This document shows positions 16,830-24,748 of a stretch of DNA of 24,748 nucleotides, one piece after another. Below the pieces are notes generated by a model. The model was not told where the DNA came from. It saw only the letters and a program-made list of their open reading frames with translations, and did no database searches. Where the stretch lies: positions 1 through 24,748 of the forward strand of contig JALWZH010000031.1 in assembly GCA_027002815.1 (NCBI GenBank). The letters are read 5' to 3'. Position numbers and translations under genes: made by a program. Positions within the stretch are counted from its first letter, which is position 1; each line of letters begins with the position of its first letter. The stretch is from Thermoproteales archaeon. Lineage in GTDB: Archaea > Thermoproteota > Thermoprotei > Thermoproteales > Thermoproteaceae.

Positions 16830-18536
16830 ATGGTACCGCCAGCGGTACAGCAGGCGGCGCTGGTGCAGAGCTACAGCCCCCTCGTGGACATATCCAGGTT
16901 CAACCTGCCGCAAAGGTACAAGAACACGCTCCTCAACGAGACCCTCCAAAGGGCTTGGAAGAGGCGGTTCGGGTTGCCGGACCACACGCGTATCGTGAAG
17001 ATATCCAACTCGGTGTGCCCCGTATGTTACAAGCGTATACCCATGGCCGTGTACGAGGAGAACAACGCTGTGTGGCTCAAGAAGACGTGCCCGGAGCACG
17101 GCACGTTTGAGGACCTCTACTGGGGCAGCGCCGAGCTGTACTACTACTTCCTCCAGTGGGACGCCCCCGAGTACATAGGCAAGGGCATAGCCAACCCGAA
17201 CACCACCATAGAGTACTACAGGGAGATGGGGGGGTGCCCCATGGGCTGCGGCCTTTGCCCTGTCCACAAGTCCAACACTGTGCTGGCCATAGTAGACGTG
17301 ACCAACAGGTGCAACATGGCGTGCCCCGTCTGCTTCGCCAACGCGGGGGCCGCCGGCTACGTCTATGAGCCCACCATAGAGCAGATAGAATACATGTTGC
17401 GTACCCTGAGGGCCCAGAGGCCTTGGCCGCCCAACGCCATACAGATAAGCGGCGGCGAGCCCACCCTGAGGAACGACCTCCCCGAGATAGTGAGGATAGC
17501 CAAGAAGCTAGGGTTCAGCCACATAGAGGTGAACACCAACGGGATCAGGCTGGGCAACGACATAGAGTACTACAAGTCGCTCCTAGACGCGGGGATCTCC
17601 ACGTTGTACCTCCAGTTCGACACTATTGACGAGTCCAACGAGGGGGTGTGGAAGCACAGGCTATACAACTCCAAGGCGTACGCGCTCACCAGGCGCAGGG
17701 TCATAGAGAACGCGCGGAAGCTGGGCCACAGGTCCATAGTGCTCGTGGTGACGCTGGCGCGTAACTATAACGACAAGGACCTGGGCCGCATCATAGACTT
17801 CGCCATAGAGAACAGGGACGTGGTGAGGTGGGTCAACATACAGCCGGTCAGCTTCTCGGGGAGGGCCAGGACCTACACCAAGGAGGAGATGAGGAAGTTC
17901 AGGATAACCATACCGGACACCATACTGGAGATCGAGAGGCAGACGGGAGGCAAGATATCGAGGTGGGACTGGCGCCCCGTCGACTGGCCCGTTGCAGTAG
18001 CCAAGATGGCCGAGGCGCTGACGGGGAAGGCGAAGCCCCTGTTCTCGAACAACCCCGTATGCGGCGCAGCGACCTTCGTGTACTACGACGAGGACTCCAA
18101 GGACATTGTCCCCGTCACGAAGCTGGTAGACGTGGACGCATTCGAGAGGACCGCCTGGGACGTGTATTACACGGCCATCAGGGGCGGCGTGTGGAGGCAG
18201 ATCGCCAAGACCAAGGCCCTCAAGCTCCTCAAGACAGTCAAGGACAGGAGGCTGAAGGGCCTCCTATACGACCTAGTGGTGAAGAAGGACTACGACTCGT
18301 TGGCCCGCTTCATGTTCAACGTGGTCGGCGTTGGTATAATGCACTTCATGGACGTGTACAACTTCGACATTGAGCGCATACAGAGGTGCGACATACACTA
18401 CGCGTCGCCCGATGGGAGGATCATGCCTTTCTGCACGCACAACAACTTCCACCGCGAGAAGATCGAGCAGGCGTACAAGATAGACCCAAGCGTCTGGACC
18501 AAGATAACTGGCAAGTCGCTTACTGGGTTCGCATAA
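16830..18536 (+). CDS. tes: Radical-SAM enzyme with N-terminal Cys3His knuckle and extra Cys cluster; best guess tetraether lipid synthase (Tes / GDGT-MAS) family
   Basis: 568 aa from ATG 16830. Radical-SAM motif VTNRCNMACPVCFA (CX3CX2C, 17310-17333). A second CX3CX2C-like motif GGCPMGCGLCPVH (17235-17267). N-terminal CPVC-x22-CPEHG (17016-17099). C-terminal RCDIHY...MPFCTHNN. The radical-SAM call is firm. The Tes assignment is from remembered family architecture only. Confidence 0.8.
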   Translation: MVPPAVQQAALVQSYSPLVDISRFNLPQRYKNTLLNETLQRAWKRRFGLPDHTRIVKISNSVCPVCYKRIPMAVYEENNAVWLKKTCPEHGTFEDLYWGSAELYYYFLQWDAPEYIGKGIANPNTTIEYYREMGGCPMGCGLCPVHKSNTVLAIVDVTNRCNMACPVCFANAGAAGYVYEPTIEQIEYMLRTLRAQRPWPPNAIQISGGEPTLRNDLPEIVRIAKKLGFSHIEVNTNGIRLGNDIEYYKSLLDAGISTLYLQFDTIDESNEGVWKHRLYNSKAYALTRRRVIENARKLGHRSIVLVVTLARNYNDKDLGRIIDFAIENRDVVRWVNIQPVSFSGRARTYTKEEMRKFRITIPDTILEIERQTGGKISRWDWRPVDWPVAVAKMAEALTGKAKPLFSNNPVCGAATFVYYDEDSKDIVPVTKLVDVDAFERTAWDVYYTAIRGGVWRQIAKTKALKLLKTVKDRRLKGLLYDLVVKKDYDSLARFMFNVVGVGIMHFMDVYNFDIERIQRCDIHYASPDGRIMPFCTHNNFHREKIEQAYKIDPSVWTKITGKSLTGFA

Positions 18537-18545
18537 CAAACCTTA

Positions 18546-18552
18546 TTTTTTT
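18546..18552 (+). terminator. T7 tract after the radical-SAM gene stop
   Basis: ttaTTTTTTTacc lies 10 nt after the TAA at 18534-18536. It doubles as the TATA-like box for ATG 18570. Confidence 0.4.
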
Positions 18553-18569
18553 ACCTTAAGGCACTGCCC

Positions 18570-18761
18570 ATGTATCTTGTCCTCTTGTGTCCCCAGTGCT
18601 CCAGGGCCAGCGCGGCCAGGGAGGGGGCAAAGACCCATTCATGCCCATACTGCGGGTCAACAATACGGATAGGCTCTGCAAGGACCATCGCCAGGGCAAG
18701 GAACGGCAGGGAGGCCAGGAAGATAATCGTCGAGTTAAACACCCGCGACGAAGGCCTGTAG
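18570..18761 (+). CDS. DUF1922-like zinc-ribbon miniprotein
   Basis: 63 aa: MYLVLLCPQCSRASAAREGAKTHSCPYCGSTIRI..., with a CPxC-x17-CPxC ribbon and a basic tail. A T-rich TATA-like tract at 18543-18553 lies about 22 nt upstream of the ATG. Confidence 0.7.
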   Translation: MYLVLLCPQCSRASAAREGAKTHSCPYCGSTIRIGSARTIARARNGREARKIIVELNTRDEGL

Positions 18762-18955
18762 GCGGATGAAACCGGTTTATAGCGGCAAAGGCAGCGGTGT
18801 ACTACCAGTGAGGCGAGTCCAATCGGCGCCCCGCACGGTGCAGATAGGGTTATGTGGGCTTAACTTTAGGGGTGTTCCTCGTGATACAGGCACAATGCGG
18901 GGGCCCAACGCGTTTCTGGCTGAGTGACATTTATACGCAGATAGGGAAAATATGT

Positions 18956-21499
18956 ATGGAGATGGTCAAGGTGCTCAAGCGGTGGGGCAGCGGGGAGGAG
19001 TTCGATGAGTCCAAGCTAGCCAACAGTATATCGAGGGCCGCAAGGGACGTGTCGGTCGGCGTTGATGGATCGGTCGAGGAGGTGGTGAGGCGCATATCGG
19101 TGGGCGAGGGCGAGTACACGGCTTCCATAATGGATAAGCTTCACTTCGAGCTCCTGAGGATGGCCATAGAGGAGCCTGCCATGGCCCAGGTGGCCAGGGC
19201 GCACCTGCTCGGCGCCATTTACAAGGACGCTGTGGGCAAGGGGTGGCTGCGCTCGGGGAGGGACGAGGGGGAGTACAGGGCTGCGTTCGTGAGGAACCTG
19301 CTCGCCCTTGCGGACGCGGGCATCGTCAGTCGGGAGAGGCTCGCGCCGTACGTGGACCACCTTGAGGAGCTGTCGCGGGCCCTCGCGCCGGGCAGGGACT
19401 GGGAGCTGGGGTACAGCGCGCTTAGGCTGTTCTACAGCGGTAACTACGCCCTCAGGTTCCCCGACGGGAGGCTGGCTGAGACCCCCCAGTTCGCTGCCAT
19501 GAGGGTCGCCATGGGCGTGGCGCTTGCCGAGGCCCTGTACGGTGGGGACCCCGTGGACTGGGCCAAGAGGTTCTACGCCTACATTTCGGCCAGGGTAGTG
19601 GTGCCTGCATCGCCCTACTGGTTCAACGCGCTTACGCCCAGGCAGGCCTTTGGCTCTTGCTTCACGCTGGAGGTCGACGACTGCCTCTCCTCCCTCACGC
19701 ATCCCGGCCGTAACTGTATATACGACGCGCTGGCCCAGTCCGGCCTCATACAGCAGGCGGGCGGCGGCGTTGGGTACGACTTCAGCTTGCTGAGGCCCGA
19801 GGGCGACATAGTCAAGTCCAGCGTGGGCGTGGCGTCGGGCCCGGTCTCCTTCATGAGGCTCTTCGACGTGAACGTGGACGTCATAAAGCAGGGGGGCAAG
19901 CGGAGGGGGGCCCAGATGGGAACGCTACACGACTTCCACCCGGATATACCCAAGTTCATTACGGCCAAGACCGGCACGGCCAAGGACGTGGCGCTGCAGA
20001 ACTTCAACATAAGCGTCATGGCGAGCGACCACTTCATGGAGGCGGTCCTCAGGGGGGGCAAGTGGAGGCTTGTGAACCCCAGGAGGCTCCGCGAGAACGG
20101 CATGAAGCTCACGGAGTATTGGGGCGAGGAGTACAGGAAGGCGCTCGAGTCGGCCCCCCGCGACGCGGTGTGGGCCGAGATGGACGCTAGAGAGCTTTTC
20201 GAGCGCATAGTGAGGAGCGCGTGGGACTCAGGCGACCCCGGCATGGTGTACAAGGATAACATGAACGCCGCGAAGCCCATAGACGACGTGTTGGACGGCG
20301 AAAGGTACGTGTGGTGGACCGTCAATCCCTGTAGCGAGACCGTGCAGAGGCCCTTCGAGATATGCAACCTTGCGTCCATAAACGTGGCTGCGCTGGTCAG
20401 GGACGGCGATGTGGATTGGGGCGCCCTGGAGGACGCGGTGAGGATAGCCACAAGGCTCCTCGACGACGCGATCGACGTGCAGGATTACCCGCATCCCCTC
20501 ATAGAGAGGTGGGCCAAGCTGAGCAGGAAGAACGGCCTAGGCATCATGGGGCTGGCGGAAACCCTGGTGAAGCTTGGGATTCCCTACGCGTCTAGGGCCG
20601 CGTTGGGCCTGGCCGCGGAGATAACGGCCAGAATGTACATGGCGGCCCTGGAGGAGTCGGCGCGCATTGCCAGGGAGAGGGGGCCGTTCCCCCTCTTCGA
20701 GCACAGCTCCTATAGGAGGGGCGAGGTGCCGGTGTTGAAGGCGCAGGACTACTACGCGGCCAGGTACAGGTCGTTGAGGGGGGCCCTCCCGCAGGGGGCC
20801 AGGGAGGTGGCCGACGAGGCGTTCAAAATAACCGAGGAGGTTAGGGGTAGGCACGCGGAGAGGCTGGCCAGGCTCAGCGAGGTCGTTAGGGGCGGCGTTA
20901 GGAACAGCGTTGTGCTCAGCGTGGCCCCCACTGGCAGGATAAGCATATATGCGGGCACCACGAGCGGCGTGGAGCCCATATTCGCCCTGGCGTACATACG
21001 CAACGTGACGGTTGGGACGCTGGTGGAGTACTATGAGCCGTTCGTGGAATGGGCCAGGGAAAAAGGCATGTGGACGAGGGATGTGAGGGAGAGCATAGAG
21101 GAGGACGGGACGCTCAGGTCAGCCGACTTGCCGGACGACGTGAAGAGGCTGTTCGCCACGGCCCACGAAATAGGGTGGCAGTGGCACGTGGCCATGCTGT
21201 CCGTGGTGACCCACTGGGTGGACCAGTCGGTAAGCAAGACCATCAACCTGCCCCGCGACGCCTCTGTGGACGACGTGAGGGACGCGTTCCTGGCCGCGTG
21301 GGCCTCCGGGGTCAAGGGGATAACGGTGTTCAGGGACAGGTCGAAGGAGGTGCAGGTGATATATACGGGCCTCAGGGAACAGCCGAAGAGGAGGCTCGCG
21401 TTCAAGGTTGCCCCAATGCCACGCGCCCTGGAGGACGCCCGCCTAAGCGTGGTGGAGGAGGGGAGGGATCCCTACTGCAAGACCGGCGAGTGCTCCTGA
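18956..21499 (+). CDS. nrdJ: Class II (adenosylcobalamin-dependent) ribonucleotide reductase with N-terminal ATP-cone
   Basis: 847 aa from ATG 18956. ATP-cone VKVLKRWGSGEEFDESKLANSI. AGGGVGYDFSLLRPEGDIV. Thiyl-radical loop TVNPCSET. C-terminal redox pair CKTGEC. TATA atttatac (18929-18936) lies about 24 nt upstream. The 34-codon N-terminal extension in the track ORF is not ATP-cone-like. Confidence 0.93.
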   Translation: MEMVKVLKRWGSGEEFDESKLANSISRAARDVSVGVDGSVEEVVRRISVGEGEYTASIMDKLHFELLRMAIEEPAMAQVARAHLLGAIYKDAVGKGWLRSGRDEGEYRAAFVRNLLALADAGIVSRERLAPYVDHLEELSRALAPGRDWELGYSALRLFYSGNYALRFPDGRLAETPQFAAMRVAMGVALAEALYGGDPVDWAKRFYAYISARVVVPASPYWFNALTPRQAFGSCFTLEVDDCLSSLTHPGRNCIYDALAQSGLIQQAGGGVGYDFSLLRPEGDIVKSSVGVASGPVSFMRLFDVNVDVIKQGGKRRGAQMGTLHDFHPDIPKFITAKTGTAKDVALQNFNISVMASDHFMEAVLRGGKWRLVNPRRLRENGMKLTEYWGEEYRKALESAPRDAVWAEMDARELFERIVRSAWDSGDPGMVYKDNMNAAKPIDDVLDGERYVWWTVNPCSETVQRPFEICNLASINVAALVRDGDVDWGALEDAVRIATRLLDDAIDVQDYPHPLIERWAKLSRKNGLGIMGLAETLVKLGIPYASRAALGLAAEITARMYMAALEESARIARERGPFPLFEHSSYRRGEVPVLKAQDYYAARYRSLRGALPQGAREVADEAFKITEEVRGRHAERLARLSEVVRGGVRNSVVLSVAPTGRISIYAGTTSGVEPIFALAYIRNVTVGTLVEYYEPFVEWAREKGMWTRDVRESIEEDGTLRSADLPDDVKRLFATAHEIGWQWHVAMLSVVTHWVDQSVSKTINLPRDASVDDVRDAFLAAWASGVKGITVFRDRSKEVQVIYTGLREQPKRRLAFKVAPMPRALEDARLSVVEEGRDPYCKTGECS

Positions 21500-21509
21500 G
21501 CGTTAACGC

Positions 21510-22403
21510 CTACCTAGCCCTCACGACGGGGTCCACCGCAACCCTCCCATTTCTCAGGTATGTGATGCCCCTCTCCATGAGCGCTCCAAGTATGTCAGCC
21601 CTATCAACAGCGTGGGGGTCCTTGCCGTCCACAACGTCCAAGTAGCGCCTCAGCTCGGCCGGCGCGATGCCCACCTCTGCGGCTATTTGGAGCATGGCGG
21701 TGCCCACCTCCTCCATCGCCTCGGAAAGCCAGGCCGCCACGTCTCCCCCGTAGGCAAGCGCCACGTCTATTGCCCTCCCGGGGCACCCATCCGTATATGC
21801 GTAGAGCTGATCAACGTCGCCTGTAAATCTGACCCTGAACCTTGCCGCAAGCTCCGAATAGAGGTTCTCAAAGCTCTTCTTGTCTAGGCCGGCCACCCAG
21901 TACGACACCATGCCCCGTATCGGCGCCCTCGAGACAACGGCCATGTTGATGTTCTCCTCCCTCATTGCCAGCGCGGAGCTGGGCTTCTCCCCATCCAGTA
22001 TAACTACGCCCCTTTTACCGCTATGCCTGACCTGCTCGGCGAACCACTCCTCTGCGGTTATCAGGGCCCTCTGCCAATCGTCGGTCACTGCGGAGACGAA
22101 CTCGGTGGAGTACACCTGGTATGTGGACGTGTACACGGTCTTGACGCGCCTCGAGACGAAGTTGTACGTCTCCCTGGCCGTCAAGATGTAGGCGGATCCT
22201 AGCGGCCGCTTAAGCGACAGGTACAGCACCGGCCTCTCCTGCCTAAGCCTGTCGGCCACCACTCTGAGCAGCTCGCTTTTCCCGCAGTTGGGGGGACCCA
22301 CGACGTTCACCGGTCTAGGCCTCTTGACTAGGAGCGTTCTGAGGTCCTGCAGCTCCTGTTCCCTCCCATGGAACTTTATGTTGAGGCTGTGTATCATGTA
22401 CAT
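21510..22403 (-). CDS. Archaeal ATPase-family (Arch_ATPase/AAA-like) P-loop protein
   Basis: The N-terminal FHGREQELQDLRTLL...VNVVGPPNCGKSELL (Walker A) and VVILDG (Walker B-like) resemble the PF01637-type archaeal ATPases. An alternative start at ATG 22397 fits the TATA spacing slightly better. Confidence 0.75.
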   Translation of the reverse strand: MYMIHSLNIKFHGREQELQDLRTLLVKRPRPVNVVGPPNCGKSELLRVVADRLRQERPVLYLSLKRPLGSAYILTARETYNFVSRRVKTVYTSTYQVYSTEFVSAVTDDWQRALITAEEWFAEQVRHSGKRGVVILDGEKPSSALAMREENINMAVVSRAPIRGMVSYWVAGLDKKSFENLYSELAARFRVRFTGDVDQLYAYTDGCPGRAIDVALAYGGDVAAWLSEAMEEVGTAMLQIAAEVGIAPAELRRYLDVVDGKDPHAVDRADILGALMERGITYLRNGRVAVDPVVRAR

Positions 22404-22416
22404 TGGTAAACGATTG

Positions 22417-22426
22417 GGTTTTAACC
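22417..22426. promoter_or_regulatory. Quasi-palindromic TATA-like element GGTTTTAACC shared by the divergent ATPase and membrane-protein genes
   Basis: Its centre lies about 24.5 nt from ATG 22397 (minus) and about 24.5 nt from GTG 22446 (plus). No other A/T-rich box lies between the two genes. Confidence 0.4.
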
Positions 22427-22445
22427 TTTGGCGCAGGCCCCCAAC

Positions 22446-22958
22446 GTGAGGCTGAGCGAACTGCTGAACAACATCACGTTCATAAGCAAGGTGGGCCTGC
22501 TTGCAGTTATGTGGGCGCTCGTGGCCGTGTTGGCCAACCTCTGGGCCACGGGAAACCTTGTGCTGGCACCCCTCTTCCTGTCCATACTGCTCTTGGGGCT
22601 CTTCATAATGGCGTTGTTCGGCGCGTCGAACATCGTGTGGGGCGCCTTTCAGCTGAGGGCGAGGCGCAGCGCGGAGCAGGGCGAGGCCCTCCTGCGCGTG
22701 GGAATAGGCCTGGCCCTGTTTGGATCGATAGCGTTGGCCGTGAACAAGTACAGCGAGTTCCTTTCATCGTTGGGCCCCGTCGCGCTGGAGGCCGTTAAGG
22801 GCGACAACTACCTAGCCGTGTCCATAATGATACTGTCGCTCGGCACGGCCATGCTCACCAGGGAGTTCATTCCCAGGGTGCAGGCCGAGTCGGCCCGCAT
22901 GTTCAGATCCCTCCTGCCCCAACGCCGAGAGGAGGAGTACTCGGTTGTGGTGGAGTAG
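22446..22958 (+). CDS. Hypothetical integral membrane protein (about 4 TM helices)
   Basis: Hydrophobic segments VGLLAVMWALVAVLANLW, LVLAPLFLSILLLGLFIMALFG, VGIGLALFGSIALAV and LAVSIMILSLGTAML. I prefer GTG 22446, about 24 nt from GGTTTTAACC, over the TTG 22428 track start. Confidence 0.6.
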   Translation: MRLSELLNNITFISKVGLLAVMWALVAVLANLWATGNLVLAPLFLSILLLGLFIMALFGASNIVWGAFQLRARRSAEQGEALLRVGIGLALFGSIALAVNKYSEFLSSLGPVALEAVKGDNYLAVSIMILSLGTAMLTREFIPRVQAESARMFRSLLPQRREEEYSVVVE

Positions 22959-23080
22959 CCGGGGGGCTGCGCGATTAGCAATGGGGTCGCGCCTGGCAGC
23001 GCGTCTAGGCGTATCCCCCTCTGCCAGTCCTCCGGCGGGTCGCGGACAGATGTTTTAAATACTCTCCTTAGGTAAAATAC

Positions 23081-23371
23081 GTGGATGACGGTGCCTACGT
23101 GGCGGGGAGAATCGCAAGTGAGATATCAATGTTCGGTAAGATAACTGAGGTCATGCGCTTTCGGCGCGGCAGGCGCTATGTGGTTGAGGTGGAGACCGAG
23201 GCGGGTCCCCTGGGCATACACGTGCTTAGCGTCGACGGCAAGGTGCTGGTGGAGCTGTGGCCCTACAACTTTGCGGCGCCGGTATACGCAATTGAGGTTC
23301 CCGATGACAGAAGCGCCGCGGATTTCCTCGTTAGGCTGGTAGACATGGTGTGGGGCCTTAAAAGGCGCTGA
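23081..23371 (+). CDS. Hypothetical small protein (96 aa)
   Basis: GTG 23081 lies about 24 nt downstream of gttttaaata (23052-23061). Codon usage is host-like. I recognise no family. Confidence 0.5.
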   Translation: MDDGAYVAGRIASEISMFGKITEVMRFRRGRRYVVEVETEAGPLGIHVLSVDGKVLVELWPYNFAAPVYAIEVPDDRSAADFLVRLVDMVWGLKRR

Positions 23372-23428
23372 CAGTGCAACACGGGGCTGTGGGAGTCTAC
23401 TTTAATATCGCCAGGTATCTTGAACCCC

Positions 23429-24748
23429 ATGTCCATGTTGCTCCTGGAGAAGCTGAGGAACAGGCCGGAGGAGGTGAGGGACATGTTGAGGAGGAGGCGC
23501 CTCGACGAGTCGCTGGTGGACAAGTTCAACGAGCTGGACGAGCGGTGGAGAGCAGCAAAGCGACGCCTAGACGAGGCGAGGCACAAGCATAACCTGGTCA
23601 GTAGGCGGGTCCCCCGCGCCGCCCCTGGGGAGAGGGACGCGCTTATAGCCGAGGCCAAGAGGCTCAACGACGAGATACGGGCGCTCGAGGAGGAGGCGAA
23701 CGCGCTTGAGAGGGCCCGCGAGGAGGTTCTGTGGTCCTTCCCGAACCTCGTGCACGAATCCGTGCCCACGTGCCCCGAGGGGATCGACTCGGTGCCGGTA
23801 AGGTTCGGCGGGCCTCCCCCCATGGTGTACGAGGGGCACCTGGACCAGTTCATGCGCCAGACTGGCGGCTTCGACGTTGCGCATAGAGTGGTGGGCCGCA
23901 GGCCTGTGGGCCACGCGGACCTGCTGGAGAACGTCCTGGGGATGGGCGACACAGCTAAGGCGGGGGAGGTGGCCGGCAGCAGGTTCTACTACGTCTTCGA
24001 TGACATAGTGTGGCTGGACTTCGCCCTGTCGTTGTACGCCTTGGACGTCCTTACGAGGAAAGGGTTCAGACCGGTAATACCTCCATACATGCTCAAGACC
24101 GACATAATAAGGAGGGTCGCGGACTATAATACGCTTAGGGATGCCATATATAGGGTGGAGAACGACGATCTGGCCCTAATAGGGACCGCGGAACATGCGT
24201 TGGCTGCGTACCTCTACAAGAGGGAGCTCCTGGAGGACGACCTGCCCATACTGCTCGTGGGGTGGTCCCCCTGCTTCAGGCGCGAGGCAGGCGCCGGCAG
24301 CAGGGACCTCAAGGGCATCTTCAGAGTCCACGTGTTCCACAAGGTCGAGCAGTTCGTGTTCGCGTTGCCCGAGGACAGTTGGCGCTGGTTGGAGGATATA
24401 ACTAGGAACACCGAGGAGATCATTGGGGGGCTGGGCCTACCGTACAGGGTTGTGAACCTGTGCGCCCACGATCTTGGGGCCCCCTCGGCCAAGACGTACG
24501 ACATAGAGATCTGGATGCCGGCGCAGGGGCTCTACCGGGAGATGGCAAGCTGCAGCAACGTGTTGGACTGGCAGTCATATAAGCTCGGCGTTAGGGTCAC
24601 TAGGAGGGACATGTCCCGCCAGTACGTCCACACATTGAACTGCACCGGCCTGGCCACCACTAGGACCATAACGGCCATACTGGAGAACTACCAGCGCGAG
24701 GACGGCTACGTGGAGGTGCCCAAGGCGTTGCGCGGGTACCTCGAGGCG
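23429..24748 (+). CDS. serS: Seryl-tRNA synthetase, 3'-truncated by the window edge
   Basis: Frame 2 is open from ATG 23429 to the last base (440 codons). It is not in the ORF track because no stop falls in the window. N-terminal coiled-coil arm, TAEHALAAY, motif 2 SPCFRREAGAGSRDLKGIFRVHVFHKVEQF, and motif 3 LNCTGLATTRTITAILENYQ. TATA tttaatat at 23401-23408. Confidence 0.95.
   Translation, partial: MSMLLLEKLRNRPEEVRDMLRRRRLDESLVDKFNELDERWRAAKRRLDEARHKHNLVSRRVPRAAPGERDALIAEAKRLNDEIRALEEEANALERAREEVLWSFPNLVHESVPTCPEGIDSVPVRFGGPPPMVYEGHLDQFMRQTGGFDVAHRVVGRRPVGHADLLENVLGMGDTAKAGEVAGSRFYYVFDDIVWLDFALSLYALDVLTRKGFRPVIPPYMLKTDIIRRVADYNTLRDAIYRVENDDLALIGTAEHALAAYLYKRELLEDDLPILLVGWSPCFRREAGAGSRDLKGIFRVHVFHKVEQFVFALPEDSWRWLEDITRNTEEIIGGLGLPYRVVNLCAHDLGAPSAKTYDIEIWMPAQGLYREMASCSNVLDWQSYKLGVRVTRRDMSRQYVHTLNCTGLATTRTITAILENYQREDGYVEVPKALRGYLEA

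Noticed and set aside
16782-17267. The 411-aa version of the TrmB ORF, extending 162 codons upstream.
   Set aside because: The extension is antisense to the radical-SAM N-terminal Cys motifs and has no wHTH-upstream homology. The TrmB wHTH begins right after GTG 16781, which has correct TATA spacing.
18881-18923. GTGATAC ... CTGA pair upstream of nrdJ, considered as a C/D-box sRNA.
   Set aside because: The C box is non-canonical, the unit is only 43 nt, there are no internal boxes and there is no terminal stem.
18854-18955. The 34-codon N-terminal extension of nrdJ from GTG 18854.
   Set aside because: The extension (MGLTLGVFLVIQAQCGG...) is not part of an ATP-cone. The TATA box at 18929-18936 lies inside it and points to ATG 18956.
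18956-21499. Possible intein in the ribonucleotide reductase. Archaeal RNR genes often carry them.
   Set aside because: The catalytic motifs are contiguous, and the 847-aa length fits an intein-free class II enzyme with an ATP-cone. No Cys/Ser...His-Asn splice-junction blocks or homing-endonuclease motifs were seen.
23263-23952. Long antisense ORFs throughout the window. Examples: 23263-23952, 19615-20451, 19016-19702, 13114-13713, 10850-11527, 10034-10600, 5414-6133, 5793-6563, 7176-7814, 8082-8642, 8639-9143 and 12472-12843.
   Set aside because: Each lies opposite or out of frame within a gene with strong family motifs. Their products are low-complexity (Ser/Pro/Arg/Leu/His-rich) and lack TATA boxes. 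They are expected by-products of GC-rich, stop-poor sequence.

Overview
GC-rich archaeal chromosome segment with heavy AGG/ATA codon use. It looks like a core, not accessory, region of a Thermoproteales-type crenarchaeon. I call 27 protein-coding genes, tightly packed on both strands. Nearly all have an A/T-rich TATA-like box about 20-28 nt upstream of the start codon (leaderless architecture). I used that spacing to correct many of the maximal starts in the ORF track. Housekeeping content: aEF-2, archaeal signal peptidase, a thermosome subunit, RNA polymerase subunit K/Rpo6, Alba, class II (B12-type) ribonucleotide reductase with an ATP-cone, seryl-tRNA synthetase (3' partial), a PfpI/DJ-1 protease, a UPF0200 (5' partial)/UPF0201 pair, an RNA methyltransferase and a DUF373 membrane protein. 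The stand-out locus is 10307-15867. It holds a crenactin (archaeal actin) gene, small arcadin-like ORFs, and a Rad50-like coiled-coil ATPase with a CPICG zinc hook. This is the 'Arcade' cytoskeleton cluster already described for Thermoproteales. Two elements may not be described: a 48-codon ORF joined to both neighbours by ATGA overlaps, and an arginine-rich 223-aa protein directly downstream of the ATPase. A second locus of interest is 16032-18761. It has a TrmB-family regulator and a large radical-SAM enzyme (tetraether-lipid-synthase-like) transcribed divergently from one shared TATA element, followed by a DUF1922 zinc-ribbon miniprotein. I saw no rRNA, tRNA, CRISPR array, transposase, integrase or obvious mobile element. 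All family assignments rest on motif recognition by eye. No database search was run.
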